DNA of 63,163 nt, counting the filler, from Octopus bimaculoides (Eukaryota), in NCBI RefSeq assembly GCF_001194135.2. It is 5 parts of 4 records of this genome, joined end to end, with 100 filler letters (N's around TTAATTAATTAA, not from the genome) between each part and the next. Parts side by side here need not be neighbours in the genome. Positions count along the whole stretch, not along the records: positions 9,602 to 41,364 come from NC_068996.1; 4 more parts are not named here. One strand, written 5' to 3'. Under the pieces are notes generated by a model. It worked only from the letters and a program-made list of their open reading frames with translations. It was not told the origin of the DNA and ran no database searches. The translations under genes and the position numbers were made by a program. Shown piece by piece: positions 12,403 to 22,384 of the stretch; position 1 is the first letter of the stretch, and every line of letters begins with the position of its first letter.

Positions 12403-12742
12403 CACACACACACACACACACATGCACACACACGCACGCGCACATACATATGTGTGCGTATGCATGTGTGTGCATGTGTGTACATGTGCGCGTATCTTAA
12501 GTATTCGCAGTCGTTTATGTTGTGTTTCTGTTCCGTGGACTAGCGGTTCGACTGTGAACAACTAATGAATTAAGTAAGAGACTGCAAATGTGCAAAATTC
12601 TATAATAATTATTATGCAGAAATGAAACGATGACTTTTTTTTAATAAACTAAAGAAAAAGCATTGATGTAAAGTACATTGTGCTTATGTTAAACTATACA
12701 AAGCGGGAGTGGGTGCATATATATCGCCACTGGCGTCGCCAA

Positions 12743-13315
12743 AAGTGAACAAATCAACGTTAAAGGCGCGCATTGCATGGATCTTTTAGACGTTGATTGA
12801 CGAGGAACTAGGAGCTTCTGTATGTTATGTCTTCGTAAAATTTTCCGTTTGTGTTCCAGTTAAATTTTTGAAATATTTATGTAACGCTACTCACTCCTGA
12901 TTTTGTTATATTCATTTAGAATATTATTGTGCGACGTCTATTTCTATCTCTTCCTCCTTCTTTGTCTCTATTTTGCCTTCCTCCCTCTCTCTTTCCCTCC
13001 CTAATACTCTACTTTTTTCATTCTGACTTTCTCTCTGTCCTCTCATCTCCAGTCTTACAGGGCATTTTCATCTTCCTTTCCGTTACCCCATATCTGTCTG
13101 TCTTGCGGCCGCACGGCTTTTTTGTTGTTGTATTTGTATCTTTTTTTTTTTTGTCGTGTTTGTTTTCGTCATTGTCTTGTTGGTTATTCCACCAAAAGTG
13201 AACAATATCAACGTTAAAGGAGCGAAATTGTAATGGTCTTTTGGACGTTGACTGATGAGGAATTGGCTACGAATTTTGTTTCTTATGTTTTTGTAAAATT
13301 TTTGAAATATACATA
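12743..13315 (+). repeat. Diverged ~130-bp direct repeat (12743-12880 and 13195-13315)
   Basis: Both units read aaagtgaacaa(t)atcaacgttaaagg...gacgttga.tga.gaggaa...tttttgaaata. Confidence 0.75.
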
Positions 13316-14099
13316 CATATGTATTTATAAAACGGCTTTTATAAAAGAATATAGGAGAGTTGGTTTTGAGCATTGAAAAAGCATCTTAAAACGAATTGTT
13401 TTGAATTATTTTAACAAATTTATCAAATCGGGTGTGTGTATGGGTGTGTGTGTGGGTGTGTATGTGTGTATGTGCGTGTGTGTGTCTCGTCGAATATCAA
13501 AACGAAGAGGGATCAATAAGAGATTAAAAGATTAGTTATCCAGTTCACTACTGTGAAAAGGATATTTTTCAGCCGATCGATCGATTAATGAAATAATACA
13601 CGCACACGCGTAGGAAACTGAAAGAAGCCCGTCGTATATGTGCGTGTGTGTGTATGTGTGTGTATGTGTGTGTGTGTATGTGCGTGTGTGCGTGTCTGTG
13701 TGCGCGCGCGCGTCTATGTGTGTGTGTATACATATATATGTATATATATATGTATGCATGCATGTATATATATATATATATATACATACATATGTACCTC
13801 CCAACTCCCACCTCCCAACACTCTCACATCACACCACGTTACACCATATTACACAACACATCACTTCACAACACACCACCACGCACACACTAGCACTGAC
13901 CAACTCCCTTCTCCCTTCCCCTCTTTTTCACACCTACATACACACATACATACGTTAAGATCACCAGCATTCTTTCTCTCTCACACACACACACAGCTTC
14001 TCGTATTTGGGCTCACCGCTTCTTTCCCCTTTTGTTATCTCCCTTTTTTTCTTAGCTCTCCTGTGTGAACTTTCTGTCCAGCAGTCGCCATGAAAGATC

Positions 14100-14211
14100 G
14101 CTGACCACGACATTAAAAATTTTTATCCTTGTTTTTCTCCTTATTTCTTTCTGTTGAAGAACGTAGCTCGAAACGTTAAAGACTTTCTGTATTCTCGAGC
14201 GTTAAACTAAT
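14100..14211 (+). mobile_element. Penelope-type pLTR fragment with degenerate minimal hammerhead (14146-14182)
   Basis: UCUUU-CUGUUGA-A-GAAC-GUA-GCUC-GAAAC-GUU-AAAGA, followed by gagcgttaaactaat, which is shared with the 3' end of the Penelope relic at ~17090. Confidence 0.6.
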
Positions 14212-15150
14212 NNNNNNNNNNNNNNNNNNNNNNNNNNNNNNNNNNNNNNNNNNNNNNNNNNNNNNNNNNNNNNNNNNNNNNNNNNNNNNNNNNNNNNNNN
14301 NNNNNNNNNNNNNNNNNNNNNNNNNNNNNNNNNNNNNNNNNNNNNNNNNNNNNNNNNNNNNNNNNNNNNNNNNNNNNNNNNNNNNNNNNNNNNNNNNNNN
14401 NNNNNNNNNNNNNNNNNNNNNNNNNNNNNNNNNNNNNNNNNNNNNNNNNNNNNNNNNNNNNNNNNNNNNNNNNNNNNNNNNNNNNNNNNNNNNNNNNNNN
14501 NNNNNNNNNNNNNNNNNNNNNNNNNNNNNNNNNNNNNNNNNNNNNNNNNNNNNNNNNNNNNNNNNNNNNNNNNNNNNNNNNNNNNNNNNNNNNNNNNNNN
14601 NNNNNNNNNNNNNNNNNNNNNNNNNNNNNNNNNNNNNNNNNNNNNNNNNNNNNNNNNNNNNNNNNNNNNNNNNNNNNNNNNNNNNNNNNNNNNNNNNNNN
14701 NNNNNNNNNNNNNNNNNNNNNNNNNNNNNNNNNNNNNNNNNNNNNNNNNNNNNNNNNNNNNNNNNNNNNNNNNNNNNNNNNNNNNNNNNNNNNNNNNNNN
14801 NNNNNNNNNNNNNNNNNNNNNNNNNNNNNNNNNNNNNNNNNNNNNNNNNNNNNNNNNNNNNNNNNNNNNNNNNNNNNNNNNNNNNNNNNNNNNNNNNNNN
14901 NNNNNNNNNNNNNNNNNNNNNNNNNNNNNNNNNNNNNNNNNNNNNNNNNNNNNNNNNNNNNNNNNNNNNNNNNNNNNNNNNNNTGTGTGTGTGTGTGTGT
15001 GTGTGTGTAATTATTTGGGCTTTGGGTATGTCTAGTAGTATGGTGTTTAGAGCACTTTCACCGTTTAGGCTACCTGATGTCATACACAGTTACAATATAA
15101 TTGTCTCTGGATCTCCGTCAGGAATCCTGCAGTGTTCGTTGAGTTCAAAT

Positions 15151-15410
15151 TGAATGAGAAAAACGGAAAATGGGTTCAGCAAGAATCTTTATTCGGCACA
15201 ACCATCGTTTCGACCCATCCTGCTTCTGTCCCTTACGGGTGAGATATTGTATAGCTATCATAGTTTTGAAGCATCCATCAATGCTGGGTATATCTTGTGA
15301 GATGTCTCATTTAAATAAGATACCTCACTACATATACTGAGTGGTGGTTTGTAGTATGTTGGCTACACTGACAGAGGATGGAAATAATTTCGAGGTTATA
15401 ACGTGTAGAT
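15151..15410 (-). mobile_element. Repeat family P2, copy 1 (left arm of a long inverted repeat)
   Basis: Aligns in reverse complement to 16193-16480 at roughly 75% identity by eye. Confidence 0.8.
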
Positions 15411-16192
15411 GGGTCTGACTATAGATCACAGTGAATACATGACATAAACTGAGTTGGCTTATCAAGCGGTGGATGGGTACACGCGCTCACATGCATATGC
15501 TCATATATCATTTGTATTTGTATGTATATATATATATACACACAGACACAAATATATACATATATACATACATGACGTGTAGTTTTCACATATAACTTTT
15601 ACATGTAATTTTATTCATTTATTTATATAAATTTATGTGTAGAGTTTTTTCGTTGTGTACTTTAAGTTATGCTTTGGAATGGAATTTGTATTGATTGCCA
15701 AAGATGTGTTCCTTCTATAATTTCTCTTATCCTTTGATTTAGCTCGCAATGAGCACTTCTTAATACAGCCCATATATTGTGAAGTATACTTAAAAATATA
15801 CTTTATGAGAAAATTTAATTTTTAAACACACACACACACACACAAATTTGTGTAAGCGCGTGTGCCAATCCACCGCTTAATAAGCCGGCCAAGTGATCTT
15901 TACCGGCTGTAAACTGGCTTCATCTATTTGCCTCTGATATGACCACTTTGATTGTTTATGACCACATGCAGTGACATTTCCTTAACGCTGTGTGTGCGCG
16001 CGCGCGCGCGTGTGTGTGTGCGTGTGTGTGTGTGTGTGTACGTCTGTATATGTGTTCGTGTCAACGTGTGTATACCTATCCTTCTTCACTTTATCTTTTA
16101 ATTAGTATCCTTTGTCAGGTTTTATTCTCTATCTAATATTTCTTTAATTTGTGTCATGTATTCACTGTATTCGCTGTTTTATAACCTGTATT

Positions 16193-16480
16193 CATCTATC
16201 TACAGGTTATAACTCTGAAATCATTTCCATCCTCTGTTGCTCTGTCAGTGTAGTCAACATACTATAAGCGACCACAACGTGCCAAGCGAAACTCAGTACA
16301 TGTAGTAAGGTATCTTATTTAAATGAGGCACCTGACAAAACACAGCTTGCATTGATGAATGCAATACAACGGGGTGTACAATATCCAACATGTAAGGAAC
16401 ATATACAGGATGGGTCAAAACAATCGTTGTGTCGAATAAAGATTCCTGCTAAATACATTTTCCGTTTCCCTCACTCATTA
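16193..16480 (+). mobile_element. Repeat family P2, copy 2 (right arm)
   Basis: Inverted partner of 15151-15410. Carries GGCAC-CTGACAA...GGTC-AAAAC-AATC-GTT-GTGTC followed by AATAAA. Confidence 0.8.
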
Positions 16481-16504
16481 TATATTTATATATATATTTT
16501 CTTA

Positions 16505-16720
16505 TCCCTTTATCCTTTTATTCTTTTACCTATTTGAGTCATTTGACTGCGGCCATACTGGAGCACCGCTTTTAGTCGAACAAATCGACTCCGAGACTTA
16601 TTCTTTGTAAGCCTAGTACTTACTCCATCGGTCACTTCTGCCGAACCGCTAAATAACGGGGACGTAAACACACCAACTTCGGTTGTCAAGCAATGGTGGG
16701 GGACAAACACAAGCACACAC

Positions 16721-16778
<58 letters not shown>

Positions 16779-16939
16779 GACGGGCTTCCAGTTTTCCGTC
16801 TACCAAATCCACTCACAAGGTTTTGGTCGGCCCGAGGCTGTAGTAGAAGACACTTGCCCAAGGTATCACGCAGTGGGACTGAACCCGGAACCATGTGGTT
16901 GGGAAGCAAGCTTTTTACCACACAGCCACTCCTGCGCCT
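16505..16939 (-). mobile_element. SINE-A, full-length (tRNA-like head, CORE-like ccttgggcaagt segment, internal (GT)n, tail)
   Basis: Head aggcgcaggagtggctgtgtggtaa..gggttcagtccc, then (GT)n, then tail ...agcggttcggcag...aagtcaaatg-type sequence. Many copies in the window. Octopus tRNA-derived SINEs (OK/OR1/OR2) are described, but I cannot assign which family this is. Confidence 0.9.
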
Positions 16940-16946
16940 GCGTATA

Positions 16947-16989
<43 letters not shown>

Positions 16990-17029
16990 ATGAATAGTAT
17001 ATATGTATGTTTATATCTATATATATATA

Positions 17030-18200
17030 GTTGAAATTTATAGAAAAACAAAAGACGAAGATAGGTGTATGAACAAGCAAGTGTATTAGTTTGACGCTCG
17101 TGAAAACTGAAAAATGGTGTATTAGAGGTGCAAGGTGGAGGAGTGGTAGGTGAGGGAAAATGGGAGACGGGCAACGCCAGGACGGGTGCGAGGAAAAAGA
17201 ACAGAGGCACGGTTCACAGATCGTGCCCTGGCTAGAGTAGTATGGATAGTGGTGTGGGGATATCCAAGTAGGATGAAGCAGCGAGCCATGAGTTGAGAAG
17301 GCAGGTGTATGAGTCATGGTTGTCACAGCAGAGTCTGCGCAGACGGAGGAATTAGGGGTAGGGGATGGACAACTTGGTGTGGGTAAGGTGGGAGGAGGAG
17401 AAGTTAAGGTAGGAGTGTGAGTCGGTGTGTTTGTAGTGGATGGAGATATTGAGAGCGGAGTGGTGTATGTTGACAGAAATGTCGAGAAATTCGAGGGAAG
17501 AGTTAGAGATAGTCAGGAAATTAGAGGACAGGATGGAAGGATTGGAAAAAAAGAGACGGAGTCTAGTTGTTCGTGGGACAATGAAGTTGGAGGCGGTGGG
17601 AAGAAGACGGGAGGTGGAAATGAGGTCATGAATAGTAGAGGACACAGTTGGAGGGTAGAGGGCAATAGAAGGAGGTGTCTTGAAGTTAGCGGAGAACTTC
17701 AGCCTTGTAAAGGTCTGCACGCCATACCACCACAGTTCTATCCTTGTCGGTCGGTTTTATGACGATACCTTTGCAGCGTCGGAGACAATGAAGGACCGAG
17801 AGTTCGGCCGAGGAGATGTTGAAATGTCGGGGACGCCTGCGAAAGTTGAACCAACCCACAACACGTTGGCAGATGCTTGAAAATGATTAACTGATTGGAA
17901 CTGGCCAGGAGCTGGCGTCCAATGGGATGGTGGCACGGGGTGGGACAGGATGAAAGAGGAAGTAGAGTTGATGTTATTTAGTGCGAGCGAGAAAATCGTG
18001 GAAAAGTTGGTTTAGATAGAGTATGGAGCGTAAGGTGGAATGTGCAACGGGTGGTGAGTAGCAGGAGAAAAAGGTGGAATAAGTGAGAGGGAGATGGCGG
18101 TCGAAGGTGTGTATTTTGGAGAGATTAGAACGAATGGTGGCACGCATAAAGCGGTAGGAAGTGGTGCAGAGTATGGGTAGGATGGCAAAGGCAGAATGTA
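17030..18200 (-). mobile_element. Penelope-like element relic, RT core internally deleted
   Basis: SLEFLDISV..IHYKHTDSHSYLNFSSSH..TKLSIPY and LGYPHTTIHTTLARARSV...RLPFSLTYH are the Penelope RT thumb region. IVPRT joins almost directly to the late RT motif. No GIY-YIG domain seen. Confidence 0.85.
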
Positions 18201-18449
18201 AAGTATGTATGTATGTATGTAGTGTATGTATGTATATTACACTTAATTTTAAAATAGTCAACTGTTTTGCGAATAAATACCTCGTGTAAAAAAGATTATG
18301 ACCTCAGTTTTCGTTTCATAGAAAAGCGTTGAAGATAGAATTATAAAATGGATCACCAGAGACAGGCCCTTAAATTCAGTGTATCAAATCCCTGACAATA
18401 TCATCTGTTAATTTTTTTCCAGGATCTTCATTTAACTGTGGTCAAGTTT

Positions 18450-18667
18450 AATATTGAATTGAAAGTTTGTCACAAGGTCAGCAATTTCGGTGAGCGATAA
18501 GTCGAATACATCAATCCCAGTGCTCAACTAGTACTTGTTTTATCGACTCTGGAAGAATGAAAAGCAAAGCTGACTTCGGTAGAATTTGAACTTAGAACGT
18601 AAAGATGGACGAAATGCCGCTAAGCATATTGCCTGGCGTGCTAATGATTCTGCCAGCTCATCACCTT
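18450..18667 (-). mobile_element. SINE-B
   Basis: Reverse-complement match to 7163-7340. Confidence 0.85.
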
Positions 18668-18672
18668 AGTCA

Positions 18673-18895
18673 AGCTGGCAAAATCGTTATCATGCCAGTA
18701 AAAATGCTTAGCATTTCGTCCGTCTTTATGTTCTGCGTTCAAATGCTGCCGAGGTTGACTTTGCCTTTCATCCTTTTAGATTCGATAAAATAAGAAACAA
18801 TTAAGCACTGGAATCAATGTAATCGACTATACCCATCCTCACAAATTTTCAGGCCAGGCCTTGTGCCTATTGTAGAAAGGATTATTGTCATTATT
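18673..18895 (+). mobile_element. SINE-B, head-to-head with the previous copy
   Basis: agctggcaaaatcg...ccttgtgcctattgtagaaaggattatt. Confidence 0.85.
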
Positions 18896-19468
18896 AGTGG
18901 TAGAAGTTGTAATGTCACATTACTGAAAACTCTAGCTTTGTCGCGTACAGTTTATAGTTTATCTAACATTACTGTTACTAGTATTACGTTATCATTATAT
19001 ACATTGAAGATTACGTCTTTGAATTCACTTGAACTGTTGTTCTACACTTGAACTACATCTGTTAATTACCCCTCCTTTATTTGTAGAAAAGCGAAGTAGA
19101 GTAGAGTAAACACGAGAGTTGTTAAGTTCATTGCCAAAACATGAAGACATGGCACACAAGATGTGACAACTGTCTGAACCAAAGTATGACTACAGTCCAT
19201 ATAACACTACAAAACCCCTCCCACACAAACACAGAGGAAAATGTTTCTTCATGGCCAGCTGATTGTGCACCCGATTGAACCTACCATGACAAGAATAAGA
19301 TTAAAAAGTATAAGACTAGAAAATGAGAAAAGGATAAATAATACAAGACAAACTAAAACGAGTTGTACGAAAACATAGATACACAGACACGCATATCCAG
19401 AAGCACACATATGCACATACAAACACACACATATCCATGCATGCATGCATATATACATGCATAAATAC

Positions 19469-19504
<36 letters not shown>

Positions 19505-20436
19505 AGAGAGAGATGGATTGATGGATGTATTCGTGTTTGCATGTACTTATGTGTGTGCGTATGTATATATTTATGTATTTATTTATAAAGAGCTGACATT
19601 TGTGTAGACCTAACTACAGCAAGTGAAATATGTTATAACTCATAAGATATTGCTTTTAATAAGTAAATAAATAATTAAATAAATATATTACATGTGTGTA
19701 TATCTGTATATATGTACACGAAAATAAACACACATAAAACCTTATGTAGAGGTACTCTCTTATATGTTATTATTTTATTTTATTTCTAGTTTGCTTTTGT
19801 TCTTTTTTGTTTTTGCTTTTTTGCTAATGGAGAAAAATCAAGTTTCTAACCCAGGTGCAAGGCTTCTTCATTGTAACTTTAAACTTCAAGAAGGTATTGG
19901 TGCATGTTTCTATGTATATGTGCAAGTATTTGGAATCAGTACATGTGCAGATCTGTTTATTTTGCTTTATGTATTTTTGAGGGTGAACAGTTTGCAATTG
20001 AGTTTATATGTATCTCATTAGAAGAGGAAACGTTCACAGATCGTTAATCCGATTTTCTCGCTTGCCATCCTTGAATTGTAATAGAAAAAATACATGCATA
20101 ACTGATGATGCAGAAAATATTACAATATGATTACAAGAGTTAATTGGATGACCGCTTTGTTGATATCCATCTTAGAAAAATACATCGGAATGAAAGATCA
20201 GTATGGAATGTATGCATGTGCAACAGGGAAGGCGATGCGTGTGCCATCCTGCACGACGACTACGAAATGGAAAAGCCATAAGAGCGTCAAACAAAATAAT
20301 TTGCAGAATTAGTTACGGCTCTGTACTCTCTGGGTTCAAATTCTGATGAAGTTAATTCGTCTTTCATCTTTTCGGTAATCGCTAAATGAGGTACCATTCG
20401 AGTACGAGGGTCAACTTTTCTGTCACTTAATCCGCA

Positions 20437-20468
<32 letters not shown>

Positions 20469-21399
20469 NNNNNNNNNNNNNNNNNNNNNNNNNNNNNNNN
20501 NNNNNNNNNNNNNNNNNNNNNNNNNNNNNNNNNNNNNNNNNNNNNNNNNNNNNNNNNNNNNNNNNNNNNNNNNNNNNNNNNNNNNNNNNNNNNNNNNNNN
20601 NNNNNNNNNNNNNNNNNNNNNNNNNNNNNNNNNNNNNNNNNNNNNNNNNNNNNNNNNNNNNNNNNNNNNNNNNNNNNNNNNNNNNNNNNNNNNNNNNNNN
20701 NNNNNNNNNNNNNNNNNNNNNNNNNNNNNNNNNNNNNNNNNNNNNNNNNNNNNNNNNNNNNNNNNNNNNNNNNNNNNNNNNNNNNNNNNNNNNNNNNNNN
20801 NNNNNNNNNNNNNNNNNNNNNNNNNNNNNNNNNNNNNNNNNNNNNNNNNNNNNNNNNNNNNNNNNNNNNNNNNNNNNNNNNNNNNNNNNNNNNNNNNNNN
20901 NNNNNNNNNNNNNNNNNNNNNNNNNNNNNNNNNNNNNNNNNNNNNNNNNNNNNNNNNNNNNNNNNNNNNNNNNNNNNNNNNNNNNNNNNNNNNNNNNNNN
21001 NNNNNNNNNNNNNNNNNNNNNNNNNNNNNNNNNNNNNNNNNNNNNNNNNNNNNNNNNNNNNNNNNNNNNNNNNNNNNNNNNNNNNNNNNNNNNNNNNNNN
21101 NNNNNNNNNNNNNNNNNNNNNNNNNNNNNNNNNNNNNNNNNNNNNNNNNNNNNNNNNNNNNNNNNNNNNNNNNNNNNNNNNNNNNNNNNNNNNNNNNNNN
21201 NNNNNNNNNNNNNNNNNNNNNNNNNNNNNNNNNNNNNNNNNNNNNNNNNNNNNNNNNNNNNNNNNNNNNNNNNNNNNNNNNNNNNNNNNNNNNNNNNNNN
21301 NNNNNNNNNNNNNNNNNNNNNNNNNNNNNNNNNNNNNNNNNNNNNNNNNNNNNNNNNNNNNNNNNNNNNNNNNNNNNNNNNNNNAATTTAATTTGTGTT

Positions 21400-21638
21400 C
21401 GTGGGAAGAACCATTTTAACGATGCGTACTGCCTTAATTCTTCGAAACGTCGGAGTTTTAATGGTGGCAGCTGATGAAGGGGATGTTTCTATGTGGCCTG
21501 CTTGTTTGTTGCACCTTGTTTACCATTTTGTCCATGTTCTTTTTCCAGGTCATGTACCCAGTTATGTATCTATATGTACATGTAGATGAACGTATATACA
21601 TACATGTACATATATATGCATATACTCATATATTGTTT
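21400..21638 (+). mobile_element. Repeat family P3
   Basis: cttcgaaacgtc...ggcagctgatgaagggg...catgtacccagttatgtatc; homologous to 48925-49150. Confidence 0.65.
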
Positions 21639-21665
21639 ATATATATATATATATGTATGTGTGTG

Positions 21666-21696
<31 letters not shown>

Positions 21697-21954
21697 TAGT
21701 AAGCTTGCAGATTCCCAGTCCCAGAAATGTAAAAGAGTCGAGCAACCTCTTCTGATAGAATTTTAAGATGACATATTACTGGAACACACCAAAGACGGGC
21801 CGACGGGTAGTAAAACAGAGAAAGGGAATAAAGAAGACGGACGCTACATACATACATACATACATACATACATACATACATACATACATGCATACATACA
21901 TACATACACACATACATACATACATACATACATACATACATACATACATAATAT

Positions 21955-22345
21955 AAATAATATATAAATATATGCATATATCCATACATATATGTACATA
22001 CCTACATCTATATGTATACATACATGCATATATGGGTACGGGACATCAAAAAAGCGTTAAACACAATGAGAAACGAAAACATAAAAACGAAAACATAGAA
22101 AACGAACTTTTTGCGAACCACGAAAAAAACAAACAGAGAAACGAGACATGCAACATAAAGAGTATACCCCTTCGTCAATTGTCCCTGTTTCATCTTCTCC
22201 GCGTTTCGAAGGCAAGGACAATACGCAACTTCATTGAAACAGTTCTTCCTGCATAGGAAATTAAATAAAATTTGGGATTTTTTACGGAAGGTGAAGGTGT
22301 TAACAAGAACAGGACAGTGAGAACAATGGCTCGTCTACCTAGCGT
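21955..22345 (-). mobile_element. Repeat family P3 (second subfamily)
   Basis: High identity to 27445-27690. Confidence 0.75.
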
Positions 22346-22384
22346 TCATAATAATTTTTCTATCGTGTTGGCTCAACAGCCCTC

